A stretch of 64,000 nt of DNA, from the NCBI GenBank assembly GCA_964247055.1, contig OZ176058.1:2046001-2110000 (forward strand), given 5' to 3'. This DNA comes from Paragordius varius. Taxonomy: Eukaryota > Animalia > Nematomorpha. Position 1 is the first letter of the stretch. Each line of letters opens with the position of its first letter. Under the pieces are notes generated by a model. That model worked only from the letters and a program-made list of their open reading frames with translations. It did no database searches and was not told the DNA's origin. Both the position numbers and the translations under genes were made by a program. Of this stretch, positions 1 through 12,198 are shown piece by piece.

Positions 1-296
1 ATTTTAAGGGTAAAACTAAAGCTAATCTTTTATTTGATTTACATCTAACATTGATAGAAATAGAAAAAGTGCTCTATTTTGTATTATTTTTAATTATACC
101 ACTGCAGACATGTCACGTTCACTAAATTTTTACCTTTTGGTTTTAGCTTAAAAGAAATCAAATAATTTTTAAAATATTTATATATTTCGGTTTATTATGT
201 TATATAAGTGCCAAGTTTTGTCATGGTTTCGATTCCTTCCATATTTAAAGAATTTAATATTAAACAGGCCTGGGGTATTTAAGCTGTATCCAGGTG
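1..296. mobile_element. piggyBac-like (TTAA, CAC...GTG) MITE, partial copy at window edge
   Basis: Matches the body of the 55029-55595 copy. Ends ...TATCCAGGTG followed by TTAA (297-300). Confidence 0.6.
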
Positions 297-300
297 TTAA

Positions 301-562
301 TGGAAGCTATAATAAAAAGAAAGTTCACGTACATTGGTCACATTTTAAGAAGTACATCTCTTGAGAAGCATTTGATTTTTGGAAAAGTTGAAGGGAAAAG
401 AAAAAAAAGGAAGACCAATGTTAAGATGGCTGGATACTATAAAGAAGGATATAAAGGAATTGAAAGAAACTGAATGGGAAAGAGACAAGTGGAGAGAATT
501 CGTCATTTTAATATCCAAGGGGTCGAACTCGACCTAAGGAATTACCTACCTACCTACCTACC
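301..562 (+). mobile_element. 3' end of an RTE-clade (BovB-like) LINE with (TACC)5 tail
   Basis: Translates (with a frameshift) as MEAIIKRKFTYIGHILRSTSLEKHLIFGKVEGKR..GRPMLRWLDTIKKD...RDKWREFV. This matches the RTE C-terminal pattern YFGH..R...LEK.L..G..EG.R.RGR...RWLD. Microsatellite tail at 543-562. Confidence 0.8.
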
Positions 563-2520
563 TAATTCATTTACAAATAAAAAATTTTATTTAAAAACCA
601 CTTTTTCGTGTGCCAAAATTTTGAAATCATTTTAATGTAGGGAAATTTTTCTGCATTTCAAATTGGGTAAAAAATAAAAATTAACAAATTTAAATCTGAA
701 AATAATTAATATTAAAATAAGCGAAAATTCGTTTTTGTGTATTTTAAAAATTCATTAATTAAAAAAATAATAAGTATCAATATGGTAAGACACTCTTTGT
801 AAGTTTATATTTATTTTGTTTTTAGCAATAAATACATTTTGATAAATAAAATATGTCAAAAACTGGTTAAAAAAAAAGTTTAAAAAAGCGCATAAAATTG
901 GGGGATATAAAATAATATATATATTTGTTAGTAAATTACATCAGGATAATCGTGATAACAATTTGGTTTGAGAATCATTACATTTTTTATTTTTTTGTAG
1001 GAGATGGCATTTGGGTTATTTAATACCATGTTGTTTTGGAAAGTTTAATTAATTAAGATTATTCTTCGTTATTTTAAAGATTTTATATTTCTATATAAGT
1101 GTGCGAGCCTTGAATAGTTTTCGGAAAACGTATAAGCCTATTCTAATTCCAATGTGAAACATCTTCGATCATTTTTATGCAGTGACAAAGTCCCATTTTT
1201 AAATTAAATCTGCATACCACCCCTTGTTGAAATCGGGGTTTATAAAAATGAATGTTCCTAAAATTTTAAGTATAAAGGATGTAACTTGTAGGCCCACTTA
1301 GTTTCAATAGTATGTTTTTTGTTATACGAATGGGACAATATTGCAAAGCCTTTTCAAAATTAGCACCTCAGTATTGCCCCGTACTTAATGCGAAAATGGC
1401 GTTTTTGTAATTTTTTTAAATTATGCAAAACGTGTAAAGGCAGATTAAACAATGAAGCGGTTAGTTATAAAAACAAAACAAAATTCGCATTTTAATTTTT
1501 ATGTGCTCCCAAATTGTAATCGATTGCTGAAGATTGCTTTAAACTCAATTAACTGAACAATTTTGGTCTCCAAAATTAAATTAAATAAAGAGACTGTCAT
1601 AAATAATTAGGCATATATATAAATAATTTAAAGTTATTTTATACTCTTTCCAAGCTCCAGAATATCTCAAATATTATCTATAAATTAAGTTTCATGCAAA
1701 TAATTATTAGAATTTTTTTATATTATATTTTAGCCTTTAATATAAATTTTTTGGGCAATTTAGGCATTGCGAGCTTATTCAACACAACATAATTTATTAT
1801 GTGCAATGATATTTATGGCTTTTTTAACCAGGTTATTTACTATTGTTTGAAAAGTTGTTTCTACTTGAAGTTTTTTATATGATACCATAAATTTACTGAT
1901 CAATTTTATATTATTTGTATTTTGCAGCCCTAATATGCATTTGTTTGTCTGTTGTATTCATAATTCGTCAAAATTAGGAAGTAAAATGGCGGAGAAAAAG
2001 TATGAGATTATTATAATTTTACAATACAATTGTTACACATCTAAAAGCTCAAGAAAGAATATTTTGAATTTTAATATTATAATTATAAAGTTAGAGTAAA
2101 AAAGTCGAAATTTGTCTTAAGAATGCCCATTTGGAGCGGAATAAAGCTTCACCATCGGGGTCCATATCTTTAATACTTATAAAAGTTTTAAGTACTTATG
2201 TTGTGATAAAATATAGAGTTTTTTGAAATAAACCATTAGAAACATACCAAAAAAATACTATCAAAAAAGCGCAAATTTTGATATTTTTTGACATAGATTA
2301 GTTTAATTGATATAAATACAGAAATAAAGAAATAATTAATAAATGGTACATTTGCATGTTATAAAATTTAAACATCATTTGTGCAAATCAATTCTTTTAA
2401 TTTACTGAATATTTTAAAAATAAACCCTTATTTATGTAACAATTCAAAAATATTCTAAAAACATAAATTTTATAATAATATTTAAAAAATATTTATTTTA
2501 TTTAAATTTAATTATCCATA

Positions 2521-2706
2521 TTACAATCTAACCACTTTATTGAACATCAACCGTTTTATGACTACATGTTATGCAAGTAAGTGGCTTTCTTTTTCTTTTA
2601 AATTTACATATTCTTGGATCAAATTACATTCTTTTCTAACTTTATGCGCAAGGGAGAAACAAGATCAATCTGACTTCTAATCTAAATCGAACTAATTCAT
2701 TTTGGC
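2521..2706 (+). repeat. ~190-210 bp conserved module of unknown nature (6 copies)
   Basis: TTACAATCTA...CAA|GTAAGT...TTCTTGGATCAAA...AAG|GG...TCTAAATCGAACTAA...TTGGCC. Other copies: 6862-7063 (+), 10178-10386 (-), 15730-15929 (+), 18100-18299 (-), 24346-24530 (+). Confidence 0.75.
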
Positions 2707-3649
2707 CAATTGTTATATTTTATATATAATGTCTAATAAATTTTTTTCAAATTTATTATTTATCATATATGATGCCTTTGTATAGTTTTTGTCATATTAA
2801 GTCTGTTGTCGTAATGTAATAAATATTAGAAATGTATTAGATATTTCAAACACTGACTATATAATTCAGGTTATCTTGCATCTGCTTTATTTAATTTAAG
2901 AGGAGCCGCGTAGCTAGCTTTAAAAAATTGAGATACAGCACTGTTAGTAAGATAAGGGTTTAAAAGGTCTTATATCCCCTTAAAAAGAATTTTTTAGCCC
3001 ATTCAAGTATGACTGCAAATGCAAACAGCTTTCAAATATTTTATCGTATTTCCGATAAAAATATTTTTTGGCCTTTTTATTTTTTTATTACCATTGATTA
3101 AATTAAACCTATATAAAATATAGTTTCCTAACACTTGATAAAAATATATGTCGTTTTAGAAATCATATATAAAATAATTTTTCTTTCCTTGTATATCAAA
3201 AGACTAAAACTATTCCATGATTTTTTTATTTTTTGTAGTTGACATATAGTGGTATATCCCAGCGCTCATTTTTGTAAACAACCGTTTTAAAAGTTATTTC
3301 AGCTAGAATTTAATAATCAAACATTGTTCTTATGTATTAGATAGAAAGGCTTAGACTTTTACAGGTTTGAGACTACTAGAGTCTAATACTGGTACAATCC
3401 CAAGAAACTATTAAACTAAACAGCTGATTCTTAATATTAGTATTTAAAAATGAATGAAAGTTATTAAAATTAATTATTTACATTTAAATACATTTACTAG
3501 CGTAAATCTCGGGGTGCTACGCTGCCCGATGTCTTTCGGACTTCTTGTAAGGTGAGAAGTTTGTCTTTATAATCTTATATGGCAAAAAATATTCCCCAAA
3601 ACATATTGTTCGAAACATTATTTAATAGTTATGATCTCATAGGATTTTC

Positions 3650-4870
3650 AAAACTGTGCATTCATACTAATATTATATAGTTTATTGTGTGAAGGCCCCA
3701 AATTGACGGCTGCAAAAACCGCTATACAATAATTTTATCTTTTTATGTGTATTATTTTTAAGCCTTTATAGAACTCGTATGGCTTCCTAAGCTTTATGAA
3801 AATTACCCCCCAAACTAGCCATTTTTGTATGGCGTATCAGTTTTAAACCGGTATCCCCTACCCATTGGCTTATAGAAAAAGGGCTGAGTTAAATTCTTTG
3901 CCTTTATACAAATATTTAGCATCCTTGATACCATCGTCTCATGGGTAATTCGAAAAATACCTCAACATTAAATAATTGTTATATAATGGCGTATATTTAG
4001 GGCATAAGGCTCCAAATTAACGGCTAAGAAAAAACGTCTACCTTATTTTTTAACTAGTTACGGGTAATATTTTAACCTTAAAAGGGCCGACTTCATAAAT
4101 TTTCTGTAAATTCCAAAACAACGCAATTTGTATATAGTGGCGGAGTTAGCGGGTTAGGTAAAGCGTTGGGCAAAATTTATGCCTTTGTATTGGGAATATC
4201 TGGACCCTGGATTCCATGTGTTCCTATAAGTTTTTGGAAATATTGCTTCAAAACTAAAAAGTTGTTCTATGGCGGCGAATTAGGGCGTACTTTATATAGC
4301 GACTCATTAAAATCCCCTATAGAAAAATATTTGTTTTTTAAGGGGTAACAAATATTTTCGGCCCTTATTCCACATAGTCTCATAGGTTTGCTGAAATTTG
4401 GATACGAAGGCATGCTGTAACGATATGGTGACGCAGTTTTACAGGGGTAGCCACCTAACCAGGGGCGAAAGAAAAAACACTCGATTATAATTTTTGCCCT
4501 AATTAGATACATGGAATAATGATTGATTCCATATACCTCGTATGATTTTCACCAAATTGCCTCAAAACTTAAAAATGATTCTATGAGGCGTATTTTTCAG
4601 GGCGTAAAAGGCCTAATTATCGTGCAATTAAAAACCGCACGACCTAAATTTTTTCCTATTTACGGGTAAAACCTTAAGCACCTATTAAACTCATATGGCC
4701 TGATAGGTTTTCACAAATTTAGGAACGCCATTTCGATATGATGAGGCAGTTTTTAGCGGGTAGCTCTTTACTCAGCAGCCAATACAAAAAAGCATGACTA
4801 AAATTTTTGCCTTTTAACAGGGTATACCTGGAATCATTAAATTTTTACGGTCTCATACCTTGGACGAAAA
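3650..4870. repeat. Degenerate internal tandem array in the Helitron (~150-bp subunit, ~300-bp higher-order unit)
   Basis: GTTTTA(A/G/C)..GGTA anchors at ~3840, 4146, 4436, 4749. GGCGTA-like anchors recur about every 150 bp. Confidence 0.6.
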
Positions 4871-5136
4871 TAGATTGTTTTTTTAAAAAAAATGCATATT
4901 ACGGGGGGAGCGGGTAAAAAGAGGTCCTAAACTAAAGCGAGACAACTATGTTCGGCGCAATCGAAATAAACAAAAACCATATTTGAAATTGAATGGTCCG
5001 ATTTCTCCGGAAAATACTTTCAAAGACACTATTTTTGTGGACTTCTCCTTTCAAAAAAAACCGTTTTTCACACAGGTTGGGCCTGAACTGGGCCTAATTT
5101 AAAAAAAGGGCGAAGCTATTGTCGGGGCATTCATTA

Positions 5137-6255
5137 CATTAGACAACAAATTTTAACTTTTTTTAACTGCCATTCTTGTAAATTTAAAATTTATTTCATT
5201 AAAGTACATAATTAGTATATCTAAAAGAAAATTGGTCTAGCATGGAAGAATTTTTTTATATTAGAGTTTATCGATAATTTTTGGCCCCGATTTAACATTA
5301 AACTCAAAAATTTCTAAAATTAAAAGTTTTAAATCTGAAGCCATGTATTTTATATCATTCGAAAGAGCTCGAAAAATTGCATCTTTTAAAGGGTAGTAAG
5401 TCATTTAAATCAATCGGATGTAAAAATTATTTAGATTTAAATGGTCAAAATTTTCAATCCTTAAATAAGTCAAGAATTTTCACAGACAAACTAATTTGAA
5501 AATCATATAAATTATTTTAATAAAATTATTAGGGTTATATTAGTATTTAATATAAAAAAATGTTTGAAAAAGCTTTTGGTTTGCTCTTTTAATAAAAATT
5601 ATTATTATCATAAATATTTTGCCTAGTGGATACTAAAATGCATAGTTATAACTGTAAATTTATTACATAATGGCTATAAAAGATCAAAAATACCTTAAAC
5701 TTTGTTTTTATCTTTAAAATTTCAAAATTATCAGCCTTGTAAAGAAAATAAATTAATATTGATGAGATGGTAATTTTCAAAAAACAAAAAACTTAAAAAT
5801 AGCTGTTTTGAGTGACATAAAAGCAAAAAAAAATGTTTTAATCAAAAAAAACTTTCTTGCGTTATCTTTTTTGGACATTCATCTCCATCTAAACAAAGTT
5901 TGAGCTATTTTCATCCATTAGTTTTAATATAAATTAAAAAAAGTGCTCTCGCTTCGCGCGTTTGTCGCTCTTTGTGTCCAATATTAACTGTCGATGTAAT
6001 ACATATTAGTATGCATTTTATAGAGTTTTTAATACTCTTTCGAATGATATATTACAAATGGGCATTACTTGTTTATTTTCAAAGAAAAACATTTTTTAGT
6101 AAAATTTTGATAAAGGGGGCGCATAATCAAAAAAATCAATTTATACAAAATTCTTCCATCCAGTTAAAATTTTTATTTCAGATTTACTGTTAAAATGATA
6201 CTAAATATCAGAAAATGCAAAAAACTCGAGTGGCAGAAAAATTTGTTGTCTAGTG
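5137..6255 (+). mobile_element. Chapaev3-type non-autonomous element (~1.1 kb), copy 1
   Basis: TIRs CA(T/C)TAGACAACAAATTT...AAATTTGTTGTCTAGTG. TTA duplicated at 5134-5136 and 6256-6258. Near-identical inverted copy at 16118-17228. Confidence 0.88.
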
Positions 6256-6861
6256 TTATTGATTAGATTTTTTCGACCTTATTTGAATGGGTCAACCGGT
6301 TTTCCTGAAACAGATCACAAAGCCAGCTTTTTCCATTTTATAAATATATAGATATGCCTGTTGCATTAGCGATTTAAAAAAGTTAATCGAGATAAATGGC
6401 GGCAAAAATTTTAAGATGGGGTTTTTTTACTTTAATTTTTTTTCTATAATGCGCCTAAAATAACGCATATTTTTAAATTAGACATATCTTTCTACTTTTT
6501 AAGATATTCAAATTTCCTGCTCTGGGATATACTATAAAAGGTATGGAGTTTTAAGGCAAGAATATAATATTAATTCGGAAGATTGAACAAACCTAAGCAG
6601 CAGTTTATCAAAATTTTTACAGGCCAAATATGTTTTCTGTCTAAAGGGATACCCATAAATATTACAGGATGTTTGACACATATTCAATTTAAAATAATTT
6701 CCTTTTAATTTTGGCTAACATCCAGCTAAAATATATTAATTAAATTAGAATATTTTTTTAATTATATATTATTATTTGTTAGCTTATTGTAGGCTTTAAA
6801 ATTAAGCGATATATATGTTTATTTTTTATAATATTTTTTATAATTAAATATTAACGTTCGA

Positions 6862-7520
6862 TTACAATCTATCCATAAATCTTTTGTTAGCCATTTATGA
6901 ATACATGTCGACATGCAACACCTTCAAGTAATTGGATTTCTATAGCCATCAATTTATTCTTGGATCAAATTTTTACATATCTTTTTTAATTTTGTGCTAA
7001 AGGGTGTGGCACTTCCGTCACTGTCCACAAAAATTATCTAAATTGAACTAACAAATTTTGGCCACTGTTATTTATTTACATGTATTACATTTATTTCAAT
7101 AAATATTAAATTTTTTTAAACTAAAATTGTATTATATTGTTGCACTTGTTTCGGAGTAATTTTAGAATATATAACATTTGGCGATTAAACATCGTAGCCG
7201 GGTGTTTTATTCCAATTTATTTCGCTTTGTACTGTAAAAACAATCTCGTTTCTGATTGTATGGGCCTTTTTAATGGTTAATTTTGGTATTATTTTTATCT
7301 TGTGAGAATGTATCGCTTTTTTTACACAAAGATGAATTTGATCATATGCAAATAACTAACTTACTGATACACTAACCGTAACCCACATTATACCTGGGGT
7401 CCGTAGGTTTACCCTCAAATATTAATTTGAAATTTGTGCATAAAGATCTATAAGTAATTGTTAATAAACCGATGTTTTTGGGTAAATACCACGGATATAA
7501 GCTGAAAAAGGAACATTGAT
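6862..7520 (+). repeat. Duplicated block matching 15730-17530 (that copy is interrupted by the 1.1-kb element)
   Basis: Shared conserved module plus downstream anchors ATCGTAGCC, TCGCTTT.TACTGTA, GTAACCCACA, TTTTGGGTA.ATACCACGGATATA. Confidence 0.7.
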
Positions 7521-8847
7521 TTTTTTAATAATATAATGCATATACTAAAATTTTTTAACGTTATAAAGATTAAAATTAAATTTATCAGTCAATATTTTTG
7601 CTCTAATAAAACTCGTGGCTAAATCTTATTGTTATGTATATTAAATGATAATGAAGTACTATGATTAATTTGTACGCGATAAGTTTGGAATCTACAAAAA
7701 TATATATAGGTTAAAAAGGGTAAACCAATCATTTTCAAATACATGTGTTAAAAATCTTATTGAAATTGATATATTTTGAACATATTTAGATGAAAAAGTC
7801 TAAGTCTGGAAGCTAGAAAAATTGTAATAGTGTGTGTATGTGTGAATTTTACAGTTTTATGCTTAAAATCTAATAAAATATTTTAAAACCCCACACACAC
7901 ATATATATATATATGTTTCAAATGCGGCCCACGAAGCCCGTTGGACAATCCTGGTCTAAAATTTTCATTGTTTTTAATTTATAGTTGTCCATAGATAATA
8001 AATAGAGGGCTCATTTATAAATTTCAATCCTAGTATTAGGAATTTTTTATGTAAAAAATTAATTTTGTTTAGTGAATATGAAATAATTTATCATATGTCA
8101 AAATAATTTAATGAAATAATTTGAACTAAAAATTTTTTTAAAATATATTTTGATAAACGTAGGCATATAAATGCTGTGATGATTGGTTCGTTTGACATTT
8201 GATTTTCGCAAAATGATAGATTTTATTTTACCGCCCCAGTCTGAGCCATGCATAAAATTTTATAATTCAAATTTAAATTTTATCTAGAAAAATTTAATTA
8301 TACCAGCGCTCCTTAAACTTTCGAATTTCTTAACGAACCCAACAAATATAAAAGAAAAATAATGGTTTCTTCGAAATAACACTTTGAAATTGAGTTAATA
8401 ATATTTATCAGGATTATTTCGGTTTTGAGAGATTTACAAAAATGAATCTACACTTTTTATAAATTTTTATAACATTTTCTGATTCATAATAAATTTATAC
8501 AAAGTCTCACCGATAAATATTCTTAATAATTTGCAATAAATAGAGTTAATGAAGATAAAAAATAATAATAAACATATTTAATAAAAAGATTGTCTTTAAT
8601 TATTCTTTTACGGATTTTTACATAGAATATTGTCCACTCGAAATTCCTTATTAAAGTTAATATTCAACTATCATTGGATTTATTTTGAAAATTTTCGTTT
8701 TACGAAATCATGGTTAAAAGTTTTAATTTAAAATTGTGTTCATACAGCTGGGATCAAGGGATATAAAAAGTAAATCATTTGTGGTCCCTTTTTAAAAGAA
8801 AGAGTGATATTATACAAATTCCCCAGAAATGTGATTAACTGAACTGG

Positions 8848-9699
8848 TATGGCCTATAGGTTTTTTGAAAATTAGCTCCAAACTACGCCTATTTTGTATG
8901 GCGTCTCAGTTTTAAACCGGTAGACCCCTACCCATAGACCTATATGGAAAAAGCGGTGAGCTAGATTCTTTGCCTTAATAGGGCAAATATTTGGAATCAT
9001 CTTTAATACCATCGTCTCATGGGTTATTGAAAAAATACAACACTAAATAATCGTTATATGATGGCGTTTTAGGGTATAAAGGCCCCAACGGCTAATAAAA
9101 AACCCGACCTTAATTTTTACTTAGTCACGGTAATATTTCTAGCTTTTAATGAGCTCATTGGCTTCATAAATATCTGTAAATTAGCTCCAAAACAACGCAA
9201 TTCTATATAGTGGCGCAGTTTTAGCGGCTATCTGTTTACCCAGCAGCCAATATTAAAAAAAAGCAAGACTAAATGTTTGCCTTTTAAGAGAGAATAACTC
9301 GAATCTTCAATGAATTTTAACGGTCTCATACCCTGGGCAAAAAATTATTTAGTTTTTTTAAAAAAATGGTATTTTACGGGGTGAACGGGTGATAAGAGTG
9401 CCTAAATTAAAAAGTAAGCCGACGACTAGGTTCGGCGCAATCGAAAAAAAGTAAAAATAATCATTTTAAAAATCGAATAGTACAACACGTTTTCCGGAAA
9501 ATTGTCTCAAAGACACGATTTTTCTGGACTTCTGTTTTCAAAAAACCCGTTTTTTACACGGGGTGGGCCCTAACTGGGGGCCTATTTAAAATAAAGGCTA
9601 GGCTATTATCGGGGCATTCATTAATGATTATATTTTTTTGATGGGTTTTCCGGAAACAGATCACAAAGCCAGCATTTTCCATTTTTATAAATATATAGA
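8848..9699 (-). mobile_element. Helitron of the same family, 5' ~850 bp only
   Basis: Same 5' terminus (plus strand ...CATTTTTATAAATATATAGA|T at 9699) and body matching 3760-5136. No nested MITE, so it shows the empty site GGGGCATTCATTAATGATT. Confidence 0.8.
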
Positions 9700-10649
9700 T
9701 AAATAATGTTATACAAAGCAAACACAAAATTTCTTAATTTATAGACTAGTAAAAAGGGAAAAACAAATTTAGCCAATAAAATTGCCCTTTTGCAAAGAAA
9801 ACATAAATGTTAAAATGTCCTTACAAAAAAATTATCAAAACAAACTCAATTTTTTTAAAACTAAAACCAACATTGTTAAAAACATTTTAAAAAAGACGAA
9901 AATTTCATTTACTGAATAGCAGTTTATTATTTCTTAATATTACGATTGCGCATACTTGCTTACATTATATTTGTAAAAGGCAGGATAACCTGAAATCAAA
10001 TTAAATACGTAAACCGGCTAAATAGAAATACGCTAAGGAATGGGAATAAATTTACACGATATGTAAACTTATATTACATATATAGAGCTATATAAAAAAA
10101 ATTATGGTATATAATGCAGATAATATTTATTTAAATATCAAAGAAATAATATATACAATGAACAAATATATATACAGTTGTCCAAAATATGTTAGTTCGA
10201 TTTAGATTATACTTGACACTCTGTGTGTACAAAGGGGTGTAACCGTGCATTTGCATAAAAAGAAGATAAGTTTAGAAATTCCATCCATAAAAATTTGGTT
10301 GAATCAAAAAGAAATCCAATTACCTGATGCATGACATAAGTTTTTCATAAAGTTAAAATGGCTGAAATAGATTAATGGATAGATTGTTTTTTACGTAATA
10401 CAAGTTAATTGTTTTTAAAAATTCAATTAAGTTTTGTTTTTTAAAAAAATATTGGTTATTTTTATGAAAAATGACTACAGAGAATAGATTGCTTACTGAG
10501 TATCGGGTGGATTAACTAACATTTATTTAAATAAAAATTGTTGTTAGAATAAATAGTTTATAAATTGTGAATTAAAATCACATATCGTATTATTTAAAAT
10601 TTACCAGAATTTTATTACATAAGGCAAAATTGAGATTAATTTTACTATA

Positions 10650-11063
10650 TATAATAAAAAATCTATAACCTGCAAAATTTAGAGTTAATAAACCAAAATG
10701 TAAAAAAAGCAAAAACACTTGATATTACTTATTTTAAGCTAAAACCGAAAGGTAAAAATTTAGTCAACGTGTGTGTGCAATACAAAATAAACCGCTCTTT
10801 CTAATTATATCAATGTTAGATGTTATTTAAATAAAAAAATTAGCTTTAATTTACCCTTAAAATTAAATGAAGACGATATTTTGGAAAAATTTTGTAAAAT
10901 AAAAATGGCGTCGAAGTAGTTAACAAAATTTTATTAAGATATTTTGGCATATTAGGATAGAGGCATGAATTTAAATTGGGACCGTTTCCTTCAATAATTT
11001 TTTTTAAAAATATTAATTTAAATTTAGTCTGGGGTATTTAGATACCCTAATTTGAATCAGAGT
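10650..11063. mobile_element. piggyBac-like MITE, truncated copy
   Basis: Family core AAAATAAAAATGGCGTCGAAGTAGT, AAATTGGGACCGTTTCCTTCA, CTGGGGTATTTAGATACCC. Right end followed by TTAA. Confidence 0.6.
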
Positions 11064-12198
11064 TTAAGTAGCAAACAAATTACTGTTCTGAAAAATTATT
11101 TATAACATTATGTACAAAATCGTAAGTAAAAGTAGCTTGATGATATAATTTAGATTTAAAAGTGTATTAGGATCTACTTTTGGTTTTGGTTCTTACAATT
11201 GGTAAAGTAAAGTTGAACAATTTTTATATGCTACATATCAGAAATGGCATTCAACCACCTTTTATGGAATTTTGATGAAAGCTAAAAGCTTCTTCCAAAA
11301 TATATGACTAAGTTATATCATAAACTGCTTAAAAACGAATCATTATTTTTCGAATATTTTAATTTTTAGATGAGGACTCTGAAAGTCATAAATTTTTTTG
11401 GTCTTCTCAACGCTAGTTCCTTAAAAATAAAAGCCGAAACAAAGTTTTGAAAATTTTTAACTACATGCTAAATTGTGGCATAAAAAATTTATTTTATAAA
11501 ATGTATACTTATAAAAATTCAATTTTTACAAATTTTGTTGACGCTTATTTTCTCTTATTTTTGGGCAGGAAGAAACGGTATAAAAAGTTTTGATATTGTA
11601 ACACTATTTCTATATAATTTGAGGCTGAATATTACCACCTGTTAATTTAATTAAAAGGTTCGTTTACTTTGAAATTTATGTTTATATTCACACATTCTTC
11701 GATATAAATTTGGAGACAAACAAATATTCTTACATAGTTCTAAGGTGATAGAAATCAGATTATATTATATAGAAAAGGTGCTTCTATAATATCTAAAAGC
11801 GTTTTTATAGCGTTTTAACCATGCCCAAAAAATTATGAAGTGGGGTCCAATATTTGCTATAAACTAAATTATGATAAAAATGGGCATTAAAAAAATTTTA
11901 ATGTCAATTAATATTAAAAATTTTATTGCCGCCATTTTGCGTTTATTTTAAAAGAACTAGCCTGATTTCAAATAGCAAAAGATTTTGGGTTATTGGGAGC
12001 CAACATTTAAAAATTTAAAAGAAGCCTAATCGTGTAGATTTAATTTTGAATAAATGTTTTTTATCTAAAATTACTATAACATTATAGAAACAAAAAAGTC
12101 GTTATTATTAATATGTGTACCAATTCACACATGGTATTCAAATATTTTTTAATCAGTATTTTATTATATTTTGGTTTATTAATGTTATAAGTTTAGAC

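Larger units (their letters stand above)
3497..6352 (-). mobile_element. Non-autonomous Helitron (~1.73 kb without the nested MITE)
   Basis: Minus strand starts A|TCTATATATTTATAAAATGG (6352). Ends with an imperfect GC hairpin TCGGGCAGCGTAGCACCCCGA, 8 nt, then CTAG|T (3497). A-T target, no TSD. Flanks rejoin the host repeat seen at ~25390. Confidence 0.8.
800..6585. repeat. Old ~3-kb dispersed repeat or segmental duplicate, copy 1 (interrupted by a Helitron)
   Basis: Collinear anchors shared with ~18300-25635, e.g. GATGGCATT, AATTAGCACCTCA, GAGCTTATTCAACACAACATAAT, ATCAAAAAAGCGCAAATTT, GTAGTTGACATAT, AAACAGCTGATT, CTGGGATATA, GGAAGATTG. Boundaries approximate. Confidence 0.65.

Noticed and set aside
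2521-2706. Six-copy module as SL RNA or snRNA genes
   Set aside because: Copies are too divergent and do not resemble the SL, U1, U2 or U6 sequences I know.
4166-4512. ORFs inside Helitron copies (also 45771-46000) as Rep/helicase
   Set aside because: No HUH Rep or PIF1 helicase motifs. They lie in non-coding repeat sequence.
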